Shown in pieces: positions 32,492-45,536 of a DNA stretch of 64,000 bases. The DNA is from Schizochytrium sp. TIO01 (Eukaryota; Protista; Bigyra: Labyrinthulomycetes). The notes beneath the pieces are model-generated. The model had not been told where the DNA came from, made no database searches, and worked only from the letters and a program-made list of their open reading frames with translations. The position numbers and the translations under genes were made by a program. Numbering within the stretch: position 1 is the first letter of the stretch; the number at the start of each line of letters is the position of its first letter. Location: contig SMSO01000009.1 in assembly GCA_004764695.1 (NCBI GenBank), positions 174,451 to 238,450 on the forward strand. Reading direction: 5' to 3'.

Positions 32492-34213
32492 TTGCCTGTG
32501 AGTACGAATCCGGCTAATATCGGCCAACCTTTCTTCTTCAACACGGGCAGGCTTTACAAGGATATGGCTCAAAAGCTACAGCAAGCATGGGCCAATTATA
32601 TCGAATGCAGACCAAAAGCCGCCGAGTATGAGCAAGCGTGGCTTCGAAACGTGTCGGGCGCTGAGGTCGTGAATCATGGGACTCGAACACTGGATGAGGA
32701 AACAGGATTTGTGGACTGGCCCAAGATGGCCGGGGCTGACAAGGTTGGGGTGATAAAGGTGGCGTGGATGAGTGAAGAGGAGTTTGCTGTGGATAGCTCC
32801 ATGTACGTGGTTACCTTGCCATGGTCTCTTCTACGAATGGTTAATCGCCCTGGATCAAATATTTTATTCTTTAGAAATGAAGATATTGGTCTTATGAAGG
32901 CGTGGTGGAAATATGAAAATTCAGTCATCATTGCCAATCCAGGATTCTCAAAGTCTTGGCACCTTTGGAAGTACTTAGTGGTAGTATTAAAGCCAGAAGT
33001 GTGGCGTCTTCTTGGTGAAGACCTAGCAGTGCTTCCACAGCCACAAATTATCATGTTTTGGCGGAATGGAGCAGCCGTCAGCGTTGATGCATTCTTCTTG
33101 TTGCTAGAGCAAGACAAGTTTGTCGAGTTGAGAGAGACATCGCAATTAGTGTATTTGCGTTCAGGCCTGTTTTGCAGCACCGCAAAGTACAAATCTTGTA
33201 TGAGCCAGAGAGAGGCCTCAACGCAGGAAGCACCTGGAGTTCGTGGAATACCATGCGTTGCTGCCTGCTCTCCAGATACACAGCTTAACAAAGAGTTTGC
33301 AAACAGTATGATGCAAAGATACCTCATATGTCATACCCGACACGGAATGAACTACTCACGATGGGGTCGAGTCTGATATCTTTAGCTGGATGCTCGCACT
33401 TAACCTCCAACAGAAGTTCTTTAATGTAAGTAAAGAGTTGGCCCATATTTGCGGTTTGTGTTCACTCCAAGTTTGGATTTCGAACAGTATTCCAAGAAGA
33501 TTCAAGACAAAGTAGCACCATGAAGTAATCGGAGGTATTAAAAGTTATAACAAGGCTCCGCCTCGAGACTCATTCACAGGAGGATCACTTGACGCACACG
33601 CTAGGCTCAGTAGCAACTCCAGATGCAGACGTGGGAGATTATTTCAACTGTAAACTTGTTCCTGCATTTGATGATATTTTGCAACGACTGAAAGAAGAGG
33701 CTAATTCCATCCCTATCGACGAGTCTTGTCGCAAGCTATACCTGATGAACTTGCGCCCTCTCAAAGGTCACGGTAACTCAATTTTGTTGGAGCAGTTGGT
33801 TAAGACCTATCTCATATCAGACAAAGGTCTACAATGGCGGTGGTCGAAAGTGAAGAATAGAGGAAGAAAGGGAGACGTGCATTTTCAATCCGTTGATTTG
33901 TTAGAATCAATGCGTGCCTCGTAGTAAGACAAGTACGAGTGTAGTTTGGAACTGCTTTGTGAAAGCGTCTGTAATGGAAGTTGGATATTTGTACAAGCCG
34001 TTGGATCCAACATATCCATTTATTGATTTTCTCTGGGTAGAACGTAATGGAGGGCTTTCAGATGGACCTGGCGGGCATCGTACTGTGCATGCTATACAAT
34101 GCACACTGAGTGGCAGGCATCCTAAACCGAAAACTGCATATGAATCACTGTGAAGGAAGCTGGATCTTGGTCCTGACGACCGTATGGTGGTGTATTTCGC
34201 AATGCTTCCTAAA
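32492..34213 (+). pseudogene. Crinkler/RHS-like (P-loop NTPase + PD-(D/E)xK nuclease) pseudogene, disrupted by stops, frameshifts and a solo LTR
   Basis: Degenerate Walker A context VIIANPGFSKSWHLWKYLV (cf. IxGxPGIGKSxxLxYxL) at ~32925-32985. C-terminal YKPLDPTYPFIDFLW...VHAIQCTLSGRHP (cf. P..xFPxID...xQxT...H) at ~33990-34125. The reading frame is split over three ORF fragments. Confidence 0.65.
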
Positions 34214-34628
34214 TGCTGAGATCTCCAATCGAAGGAACTAGTGGACAAGACATTGCTAGAGTTCTTGGTGTCCCTTTGTAAAACCCATTGGAAATAAGGT
34301 TTACATTAGAACAAGAATAAGCAGCCAGATTTATGTGGCTGCTGAAGCCAAGAACTAGAAGTGTAAATACACATCACTGACTCCCAAAGCTTGGTTAGCT
34401 TGGATCGATGGTGGAGAAGGTTGGATAACCTAACCCCATCAATTGTCTCTAACCACATTCAAGAATGTCTATATCTCCCTAACTACTACATGAATCCATC
34501 TGTCCTGGAATTCATTCCTCAGGACAGCAGTTCGCTAACTCTTAAATCAACCTTCTTATAGCCTTCATCTAGCCTTCTACCTTCATCTTTACAGTCAACC
34601 TCACGCTAATCAGTATCACCTTTCAGCA
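34214..34628. mobile_element. Solo LTR (copy 2)
   Basis: 415 bp TGCTGA...TCAGCA with a perfect 5-bp TSD CTAAA (34209-34213 and 34629-34633). Same orientation as 6764-7179 and roughly 90% similar by eye. Confidence 0.9.
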
Positions 34629-35019
34629 CTAAATATGAGCAGAGCTAAATTAATGGTTCAGATTCATCGTTTTGGAAGAACGCGTTGCCACAAAGCTCTC
34701 TTCCTATCTTTCGTATTTCAAGAGCTCACTCTGAATTCCAAAACCTGCATTTTGAAGGAACACGAGCTCACTAGTATGTTTATCAAAACATAGCCAGTGC
34801 ATAGCGTTAGTAAAAGGCACCAAGGCTACTTTCAAAGAAATCTCATCGGAAAGTACATATTGTACGCCAGAAGACTGATTGTTTAGATTTGTGAGACGAA
34901 GTCTATTATCTCAGTCTCTGAAGAACGGCTCTGTGAAAGTAAAGCCAAGGCGGGGAACATTCTTCAAAAAGTCGGATTCATCTCTACAAATCTGCTAAAA
35001 TTTCAATATGCGATTTATT

Positions 35020-36230
35020 AAGTAGCTGGAGTGATAAGTGCGAGCTGGCTCGTGTACTTTGATCATCGTCATATAACCTTTCTTGATGAACCCTAATTCC
35101 CAAACAACGGTTTAGTTCGATCATAAGAATAACATGCACATTCTATGGCTAACTGCGGTGCGATGGTGATTGTCATTACTCACATACTAGAACCATATGA
35201 AGCTTCGGCGGATCGCACTATCTTCATTGACGCAAGCCATAAACTGAACACCTATAACAGTCGCTACAATGCATTTTTGGTTGCTCGCACATACACGGTT
35301 TCTCACGCGAAAAGGGAGACTTGTATGGCTCAAGCTGAAGAAGCATGTACAGCAAACTCTTTGACGCACATAGAAGCTCGAGTTCAGAAAGGTGGGAATA
35401 ATTTTGCCAGGATCGTTACTACGCGCAGATATGACGAGATATTTATACGAGGTAAGTGCGTAGAAACAAACCGAAACCCATTTTATACTGCTGCATCGAA
35501 ACCGAAAAGCCTAAAGAAAGAGGACGCTCAATTGATTGAATTCGAAGAAACCCCACATGCGTATGAAACACTGCCAATATCCCTCACTAGGCCAGTGTGG
35601 TCTGAATCGACTCATTGTAGGGCATCGACTTCACCTATCTATCCACCTAGAATGGGGTCGCTCTTGTTTTGGAGAGTGTTTCTTTTGCAGTCTGCGGTGG
35701 TGATAAAATCGCATTGATGCGCGATAATGAAACTGGCAAGCCGCACTTTTAAAACTGCTACTAGGACACTTGAAGCCCACTACATGCTCTATGCAGCGTA
35801 ATAATGGATTGCGCATTGCATATTTCCCCCCAAATGCGCTCCAGGGCTTGCTTGCAGAATGTGGGGAATGGTCTACAGTGCAATTCCTTCAACGAGATGC
35901 AAACCCATGTACCTCTGGACTCGCAGCACACAGTCATCTGGGTAAATTTGGTTTGCAGGGCTCTATCACGACGCAACGTATTGCTACTTTGTCTGCTGGC
36001 CCAAGAACGCGCTGGTCTCTGACAGCTCAATTTTTATCTAGCATCCCACCAGAAGTTCTCGATCTTGATGAAGTTGAGATTCTTGATGTTGAATCTACTG
36101 ACATTTTTGGAATCTTTATTTAAGCTCGAAGGGGCTGTAATTTGTGTCTCTCATGATCGCACCTTTTTAGAAAACTTCAACCGCGACAGGTTTGGAAGTT
36201 AGAAAATGCGTTCCTTCACACAAGTCTAGT
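35020..36230 (+). pseudogene. ABC-F family ATPase pseudogene (remnants of two nucleotide-binding domains)
   Basis: LDEP (~35083), VIVITH, linker YNSRYNAFLVAR, broken Walker A GDKIALMRDNETGK, LRIAYF, HLGKFGLQG..QRIATLSAG, LDLDE..LDVES, GAVICVSHDRTFL (~36132). Multiple frameshifts and degenerate catalytic motifs. Confidence 0.75.
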
Positions 36231-36829
36231 ATCTGGATAAGCACTATTGTTTTACTTGAAGTCAACGTGTCTCTCGCTATATATTTCAATCGCAACATTC
36301 AATCTATGTAGACTCTCATTTGTATAGTTTTAACCTTGTTTTCTCTGGATAAAGCTCATGCTTGCAGTTTACGACGTAAAACACCTATTACCCAAATGGA
36401 AGTCTTTCGATACTATTTCATTATCATTCAACAAAGTGCTTTTTTGTCTCTAATTACATGTTTGAGGCTTTTATTCATTTGGGGGAAAGAACATACAAGA
36501 GAGTAAGTCTCTTTACAAGCTCTGACCATAATACATTAATACGAGATGTGTTTCTACAGGAACACCCACGGTGCATCATTGCAATGTACGATTGAACTTC
36601 GGAGCTTAACTTTAAGTTCAAGATGAAGCATGTTTCGTAACGAGAGCCCTACGATGTTCTTAGCTCAGCAAGATTTGCTTTCAAGAATAGATTAATGCTG
36701 GAAAGATATACACAAAGGGTTACAGTGATTACTTATTTAGTACGCGTCATTCTGGTCATATTTCCTGGTGAACCTTGTATTTATCACAATTGTATTCTAA
36801 CATTTGATCTCGATAAATTCTTGAGCGTT

Positions 36830-37330
36830 TTAGACCTTTCGATACATGACATAAATGTCGACGAGTCCATGTTGTTGATGGTTGTATGCTTCCGGGACAG
36901 TTCCAACAATTTCGAAACCGAGACTCTTCCAAAGGTTCACAGCAGCTGTGTTAGTACTTACAACAATGTTGAACTGGACAGCACGGTAGCCAAGACGTTT
37001 AGCCTCTGCAATCGAATGCTGACCCATCGCACGGCCAACTCCGTTTCCAAAGCTCTTCGGGCTCACCATGTAAGCGCAATTAGCAATGTGAGACCCGAGT
37101 CCAGGCTGGTTGGGACGCAGAATGAAGGTACCTGCAACCTCTCCGTTAATCTCTGCAACATAGGTACGGTACTTTCCATTGTACCAGTGCTCCATTGCGT
37201 TTTCGCGGCTGAGGTCGGCCTCGTAGACCATGCTGTCACCCGTCTTTGTCACGTCGAGAAAAATCTGATAGATCTTATCAACATCTTCGTCGCATGCCTC
37301 TCGCAGGGTCACTTCAGCTTTGGCGCCCAT
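36830..37330 (-). CDS. GNAT-family N-acetyltransferase (Mpr1-like / bacterial-like), 166 aa, intronless
   Basis: Motifs GTFILRPNQPGLGSHIANCAYMV, acetyl-CoA-binding FGNGVGRAM, QFNIVVSTNTAAVNLWKSLGF. Confidence 0.9.
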   Translation of the reverse strand: MGAKAEVTLREACDEDVDKIYQIFLDVTKTGDSMVYEADLSRENAMEHWYNGKYRTYVAEINGEVAGTFILRPNQPGLGSHIANCAYMVSPKSFGNGVGRAMGQHSIAEAKRLGYRAVQFNIVVSTNTAAVNLWKSLGFEIVGTVPEAYNHQQHGLVDIYVMYRKV

Positions 37331-40300
37331 GGTGGTGACTATCCCTTCTCTACTTCTTTCTCTTCTTTATATTTTGAGCAATTTGAGGTTTGCCAACCTC
37401 TAATGACTTTCACTTGTGACTAGTTCGATTTGATTTTCACAAAACACTGACATTCCTGCTCGGAACTACTAACTAGGTAGGTAGCATTACGTATGTCAAT
37501 GTTGAAAAACCAAAAAGTCGTAAGAAAAGAAAAAGAAGAAAGCTAGCACTACCTGAAGGTAGACCGGCGGTCGACTGCAGCGGTCTTCAGAGTGAGTCAA
37601 AGTCGAGCTATCGATAAATACTGTAAGATCTCTTAGTCAACAAACCTTTCACTACGCAGCATTTATCATTATCATTGGTAGCCTATTATGTTAATTTATT
37701 TTATTAAAGCTCTTTTTTTTTTTTTTTTTTTTTTTAATTTGAAAAGTGTTGGATGATGTAAAAAATGTGCTACAACTGACTCAGGTGCTACTATTGCTCC
37801 TATATTATTGTTACATGGCCTGAGCCACTCAGAAAGGTTTACTACTACATGATAACGATCTAGGTAGATAGATACCTATCTAAAAGAAAAACAAAAAGAG
37901 AGACGCTACTAATTTTTAAATAAAAGTAAATTAATATATTCTTTAGCGTGTTCTTTAGCCTGATAAATCGAAAAACTTGCTTTTTTATAATTCAACATAC
38001 TGACGAAGCACTCGCTCGTCGTAGGGCTATGCGCAATCCGAAACTCAGGTATAGAATTACAAGCTCAAATGTGATTCAAATCAATAGAAAACACTATGGA
38101 GAATTTAATAAACAACCCAGTTGATCCTCAAGCTCGCTCGCGGATGCTGAGGATGGCAGTAATGAGAGGAACACACTACCATCATTCGTCTCGATTAGTC
38201 TCACGCGCTCGTTGTCAGATACTACACCTAGCAACCTCAGGCCTGCAGTTTGTGAGACTTTATACCCTTAAAAAATAAAATGTACTTGGTGATAAAGGAG
38301 TGGTTGCCTGCTACTGCTCAGTAAGAGGGATGCTGATCAATATCCCCTGTTGCGCAAACTCTTGGCGCCAGATCAAGTATCTCTAGTATGGTTGGTAGCA
38401 GAATGTAAAACCTACATTCAAGGCTTGTCATAAATAAACCCTACTCTTCAATTATAATGTTTATATATTATTTCAAGAATGTTTCTTAAACATCAAAATT
38501 ATTTTAATAATAAAAATAATAAAAATAATGAAAGGACTGTATGAGTATGAATTTGATTGATTGACAGGAGGAGCCTCTAACTCCCTAGTGGGTATGCTAG
38601 TCCTACCTAGGTTCACCCGAGATCCTGATTGAACTCTTTTTAGAAGCATAAAAATAGTTGCTAGATATACTTATCACAGATAGGACCTATGTAGCAGCAA
38701 CTCGTTGATCATAGTAGTATCATAGTATAATGTGCCAATCGCTCTACGTATGTAACATTTGAGCGAGCGAACAAAATACCTCTAGTCGGAACAAGGTTCT
38801 CTGAGTAAAGCTAGCTAATTACAACTCCAGGATCATTTCGTCTGCCAGCGTTGCAGCCAAGTCGATTATCCTATGTACTGCCTAACATGATCGCAGCTTC
38901 GGAAGTCTACTTTATGAAGTTCTTAGTTGAATCCAGCAAGTCGTCAAGCCGTCATCTATTCGGGAACTAATGAACCTGAGCGTGGCAGATATTCCTAGTA
39001 CTACTAAGTCGAGAATATTCGTTTCAGAGGTCATGGCCCAAAAGTTTTGTGCCGTAAACTACTGCTAAATACCTACTGGGTAGAGGGTGCTAATGCCAAT
39101 CTAAGGAGTATTACTTCTCAGTAGCAGTTTTGGTTACTGCCAATGTAGCATATTTCTTTTTTCTCCTGAGAGACGTCATTTTCTAAGTTTGACTCCATTC
39201 GTTTTATACACTTTACCCAATATTGCCAAATAGTCTTTTCATTCATGCTCATCAACAGTTAGAACATATTCTGTGCACCGATAATCAAAAGGTAGGTAGG
39301 TATGATGGTAACTGGAAACCTCGTCGTTTTGGTGGTATTCTTGCATCTTGCCGCATACTTCTTGCAACCAGATTAGACCAAAACGAGAAGCCCTGTTATT
39401 TGTGATGATGTCTAATGAACTCTTCTAATTAGATTCCCACTAAACCCCAACTGGATAGGAATTGACGCTGTCTATATCCTCTGTTTTAGAATAAGGGAGT
39501 CGAAGCATATGATGGCTCGCAGGAAACTTTTTTCCTAAGCTAATGCCCATAGCAGCTAAAAGTAGAACGGGGCTTGGCTATGTTATCTACAAAGAAAGTA
39601 CTACTACCACAAGATGGAAGGGCAGGATATGGGATGATTTAGAATGAGCATAGGTACGGTCCGCCAGTATTAACTGGGGGCAACATATAACCTGTACTAC
39701 AAAAACTACGCATTATCTACATTACAAAAGTTCCACTCTCACCAGTCAGGCTGGTGCGCCTTTAAAAATCTTTTACTTGAGTGTTTACTCAAGGCAAAAC
39801 TTGAAGAAATTTGAACTTCTGTATACATGTACCAAAATAGAGATGAGAAGAAATCTACAAGAGAAAGTTCCAAATATTCAAAGCTCTGACATGAAATCTT
39901 AATCTTATCATGTTACACTATCAGTCCTTCTATATGGCTAAAAAGCCAAGTCAAAACACGTGTGATGTCTAGGATTGTAAGCAATTGTAGAGATCAGTAA
40001 GAGCTTTTCTAGGTACTATTTTCTTTTGACAAAGGAATTTGATACAAAAACACTCATTACTATCGCAAAAGTAGTTTTTCTTCGTTTTGTAAATAAGCAC
40101 AACGCCACGCCGTCGAAGTTCAACCTACGGATTCACTCTGGATGAAATCTAACGATTCTACCTCATCATAGTTTTCTTTCGAGGTGAGGAGGATGCTCAA
40201 CCTGAAAAGTCTCAAGGTTGTTTTTTGAGAAATGACTGATGCTCTATACATGAGAATGTTACATCCACTCTCATAAGTCAGAGGCTATTTCTAAAACTCC

Positions 40301-40751
40301 AAGTCGAAACTCAAGCATATTACTCATAAAGTGAATACCTGATTACCAATGCGTTTCACTCAAGTAAACAGCTTCTAAGAGGTAGCCTCTGTCTAGTGAG
40401 AGTGCCTCAACACAATGGGATGAGCGGTATGTTGGGACTTGAACTTCAACTAAAGTAGAAGAAGTGATAGCACTAGCCTGTAACGGCAGAGAGTGCCTTT
40501 TAAGAATCTCAAAGTGGAGCTTTTGGCAAAGTGTAAAACAAAACGATAGTGCAATCGAAGCAATTATGTCAAAGCTTAATCCAATCAGTGGGAAATACCG
40601 CTAGAGCAGTTCTGAACATGGATTTTAAAATTCTAAAGATGTTCGCACAATCTTTTATTAGAAAAGGATAAACCAAGAAAAAGTTTACAGAGTGCTGTTG
40701 CTTGCAGCGTATGCGTATGTCAGAAGCGACTCCGCTCTAACGCAGCTAATA

Positions 40752-40932
40752 TTTGTTTGGGCAGTTTTGATTATTGCATTCTTAGTGCCGTTGTTTCTAC
40801 CAACTTTTGGGTGGGAGTTTTTAAACATGCTACTAAATGATCAAAATTTCAACATTAATTTTCTAAATCACGCAGGTGGAGGTAATCCTACCTTGTCCTA
40901 ACATTTCTTTTGGTTCTTTGGTCACCCTGAAG
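40752..40932 (+). pseudogene. cox1: Degenerate mitochondrial cox1 fragment (NUMT)
   Basis: Translates FVWAVLIIAFL..LFLP...[34 protein letters not shown]. This matches COX1 FVWAVLITAFL..LSLP...[34 protein letters not shown], with an in-frame stop. Confidence 0.88.
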
Positions 40933-42276
40933 ACCTAGGTAAACAGGTTTCAGGCATATCAATAATTAAAGGCCTAAAATAGGGCCTAATCGTTCTTTTT
41001 TAAACAGTGAAATGGTGGGAAATCCTACTTCAACAAAGTTGGTCTCTTGATCACCCTAGCCAGAGTCGCTGGAATTGAGTTGGCGCTCTGTGCCCGATAC
41101 CTGGCTTGTACCTTTCAGACCGTCAAAGTCTGCATAAAATGTAAACGCTCTACTTTTTAAACCCCTACCACATGAAAGAGAAGCTTGTGCCGCAAGTATG
41201 GCAACCGCTCATAGAGAAGCCGAGATCAGTTCTTTCCTTGGAAAACGACGACACAGCAATTCTCAAAGGAACTTTTATGGGTGCGACCGAGATGTCTTGA
41301 GCACATTATGGCTTCGAGGTCCTTTCAAAGCATTTACACGAAAAGTGGCTACTATTGCAGTGCTTATCCTTTTGTGCCTAGTACTTCTCCTTCATTAGTT
41401 GGTCATCATGTTTCTTTCCTTGCCTTCTCATCGCAAACTCAGCAAGACCTTCGTGTCGGTGCCTTTATGAAATACCATCAATTTCAAGGACCTTGCAAGC
41501 TCAAAGCTTATATATAGTAGCTTACTTGGATTTTTATACAACTGTATGCTGTTCACACGAATTCCAAAGTTTACCTGCATGGTTCACATATCCATCTGAT
41601 GCGAATGTATATTTGTTGAGTTTATGCTTATGCGACAAGGCGTGACTTCTTGAGCTAGGCACCTTCGTTAGTTAGGGGGGTTCTTCACAATCCATCTGTT
41701 TGGATAGAAACACAAAGCTTCACTACTTTGTTTTAATTAAAATAATAATAAAATATATGGACCCTTTTATTCCTAAATTTTAACCAAGTTGATATGCATA
41801 AGTTTCTTACTGTACGCTTCGCAAACCAAGATTCTTGGCGAGATATGTACTCTTCTGGCAAGGAGTTCATGAAATAAACTTGTTGAGCACATGAACTCTG
41901 AGAATAGGTAGTACCTACCTAGAGTATTCGGACTAACAGGTAGCACTATCTAGAATCACTAGTAATCAGAGCGAGAGAAGAAATATCTTCAACGGCAAGT
42001 CTCTCATTGGGTCATATTCGTTCAACTGTCTCCGCCACGCAGAAGTCTTACTGGTAATCTCCAATTTCCAGGCAAGCGATATCTCTGCCGTCTCAGCTCG
42101 TAGCATCTTGGTGTTCGTCTCCTTGTCACACTCGTGACAGTCGCCTTCTCGGTTTAAACCAGTTGCTCTCCCCCCATCCACGCTGCACGCCATTGCCGAC
42201 CGACTCAAAGGGTACCAGTTGTAGTCAGCCACCCTAGCAACTTGAGCCGCCCACTTTGTCTTTGCAAAACCCAACT

Positions 42277-44861
42277 ATGGCGCTTCCCGCGTCGAGCGGG
42301 AATATCAGCTTGGCTTTAAGAAAAATGCGGTCAGGGACCCAATCTATAAAGTAAGTATGCAAGTATTTCACCAGAGCGCTCCTCACTAGATCTAGCTCCT
42401 CTTTTCATGAACCGCGTACACGGTGCTTGAGAGGGGTACTTGAAAGGAAGATGGGGATGATAAAGAAGAAAGCAATTATGGACAAAATGAAATCAAATGA
42501 CACATATACTCACATGTCGATTACAGTCTTTACCACCACCGAATCGGGATCGAAGATGCTAAAACGCTGGCACAAGAAGTCCAAACCAATTTGAACTTAA
42601 AATCTCTTTTGTAAGTTGACTATCAGATATTATTTTTGCAGCCCTTTAAATTCTTATAACGAAGGAAAAACAAAATGCTACAACAGAATCCTGACTTTCA
42701 GATTTGTCTGAATTATTTCCTACAGTCTCTTTCACAATCAGCTCGGGGATGAGGGCGTTTGTATTCTTGCTACAGCGCTTGCTGCAAATGAAGTCCTCAC
42801 AGAGCTGAAGTAAGTTAAACTTTCACGCATTCAAACATTTAGAGTCATTTTCGTAAACTGACACAACACAAAGTCTGACATGGAACGAAATAGGTGCGAA
42901 AGGTGCCTCTTTCTTAGCCAACTTATTGCGTCAGAATCATTCTTTAACAATGCTGAAGTACGTTGATGACACCGCATAGACCTTTGGAAAAATACGCCCT
43001 CTCCCTAACACGTGCTACATTGTTTCATTACAGCCTCGAGAAAAACATCATTGGCAAAGAAGGCGCCAAAGCGCTTGCAAGCGCGCTGAAAGCATCTGTC
43101 ACGCTACAAGAACTAAAGTAAGTCACGAAGGATGCATTTATCAAACCAACATGCAATCAGAATTCTCACCAGGCTAATGCAGTTTGCGAAATGCTGAATT
43201 AAGGGATGAAGGGGCTGCAAATTTGATTGCATTGAGCGAAAATCGTTCATTGCATGTACTCAAGTAAGTTCAAAACTTTAATGTACTCATTCCATGACAG
43301 GCTGAAATAACAATGTTAGTATCTTGGGATGTTGGAATGATTGTTTGCTCATTCTCCTGTCCTAAAAATTGAAATGGATAATAGTCTTACAGCGAACCAC
43401 ATATCGGCCGAAGGTGCTAAAGCAATTGGCGAAATTCTTTCAAAAGGTTCAATCCTGAGAAATCTTAATTTGCAAAGCAATGATTTGGGATCTTCTGGTG
43501 CAGAAGCAATTGCAGAAGCTCTAGGGTGCAATTCGTCTCTCGAAAATTTGAACTTATACCAGAACAATATAGGAGATGTAGGAGCTTCCGCAATTGCAAG
43601 GGTACTACGAATAAACTCAACATTAGCCGTTCTAGACCTACAGGCAAACAACATTTCTGACAAAGGTTGCATTGCAATTGCTATGGCACTCCAAGCGCAA
43701 CCATCTGGTCAAGGTTTGCAGACATTAATCCTAAAATGCAACAGCATATCTGAAACCGGTTGCTTGACGCTAGCCAGTGCTCTCTCTAGCAATACAAAGA
43801 ACCTACGTGAGCTTGATTTAAGCTTTAATCCTCTCGAGTTCAAAGGAGTGTGCGCAATCGCAGAAGCTCTTAAGGTGAACTCGTCCCTTTCAACCCTCAG
43901 ACTACAAAGCGCAAATCTAAGCGCAGAAGGGGTAATGCAACTAGCTCCTGTGCTCGAAATAAATAATGTCCTAGCACTCCTTGATCTGCGCGCCAATAAA
44001 CTTGGTGACAAGGTGGCATGTGCTCTCGCAAAAGCATTGACTAGTAATTCCAGCATGGCACATCTTGACTTAAGTTTTACAAATCTTGGGGATGTCGGTG
44101 CGCAATCTCTCGGCTCGATGCTGTCTGAGAGCTGTAAAAAGTCAGGGCTTCGAATTCTCAAACTTGCTGGTAACCGAATTGGTCCAGTGGGTGCCCAAGC
44201 CCTCCAAATTGGACAGAATCGTACACTTCTACATCTAGACTTGAGTCGAAACCATCTCGGAGATGATGGCATGCAAGCTATAGCGGTTTCGTTACAACAG
44301 AACCAGCATCTCCAGGGTTTGCGTTTGGCGAGTAATTCGGTTCAAGGGGCCGGTGTTTTGTGCTTGAAAAACTATCTTTTCGGGACTACAACGTTGCAGG
44401 AGCTTAATCTCTATGGTAATGAGATCGGCATTCATGGGATGAATGCCCTGGCAGATGCTTTGCAAGTTAATCAGTCTCTTGTTAGCTTGACTCTTCGACG
44501 AGACAACCTCAACGATCCTGAACCACAGAAACTTGAACTCATTTACGAGAATGTACATTTGAATAGAGAGCTGCAAAATCTTACTCAGCAGGTGAGAAGT
44601 CGCCAGCAAGCACTGAAAGAGTTTGGTGCTGCAGTGGTCATAGCACAGTGCTTTGGGCTGCCATTTCAGGAGTCTCGTCGTAAGTCACGCTGCATTCACT
44701 TTCATCCACCTGAAACATCTGATTGTAGCAAAGTTAGCGCACATAAACAAGAGAGTATTCGAAAAACCCAGCAGGAATTGCGTGAACTGGATGACAAAAT
44801 CCATACGATGGCTCGTATGCTGGGCACCCCAATTCTATCTTCCTACTTGCTTGATAATTGA
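42277..44861 (+). CDS. 7-exon, 655-aa RI-like LRR protein (~18 LRRs), paralog of the 24560-30422 gene
   Basis: Exons 42277-42350, 42527-42610, 42726-42809, 42874-42957, 43034-43117 (the last four 84 bp), 43183-43263 (81 bp) and 43385-44861. All introns are phase-2 GT-AG. 1968 nt in frame. The terminal exon holds ~13 uninterrupted LRRs. Confidence 0.9.
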
Positions 44862-45536
44862 ATATTCAGCAAATGCTCCTTTTTTGTTTAATTCAGGATC
44901 TCTTTATGCTGTTGTGATTGCATAGCTGGAAACATGTTCTCTCTATGAAAAGAAAAGCTTTGTAAGTCTCGCAATAATATCACCCTCAACTTCAATACCA
45001 ACCAATGTAAGGCTTCGCAATCACTTTTGACGTTTCCCCATGGCGCAACCTTGAACCTTTCTGTTTCTACATTATTCATCTAGAGGATCCACCACCATAC
45101 CATTCCTCAATTCTTCATACTTCTACTATGGAAATTGTGCATGGAACCAGGGGATGCAAACACATAGTAGTATCTCTCTTGGCAAAGAGTAAAGGTTTTC
45201 TCTTGTACATCAAAATCTATCAGTGGTAGGTACGAAGTTAATCAATTTGAATGATAGTCTGTGCTTTTAAAACAAAATTCTTATGGGTAAGTAGTACCTA
45301 CTAATAAAAGTGCTAACGTGAGTTTTAAGATTGAACGAGCTTTGGCTAATAGAGAGTAATGAGAGCTTATAAAAACCGTCAAGTGAAATCAGGTCAGTCA
45401 TTGCATTTTTTGGGGATGGAAAGCTAAAACCCCCAACCCAAACCCAAACAATTGACGCGCTGGGAGTCTTGGTGATTGGGGGTGCTTAAAGACTTTGGGA
45501 CGAGACTAAAGCGCACAGGGTCAGCTGTACGGCAGA

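Noticed and set aside
36695-37423. 242-aa plus-strand ORF (also 56128-56802, 56573-57250, 51726-52325, 43709-44272)
   Set aside because: Shadow ORFs overlapping well-supported genes, with no motifs of their own.
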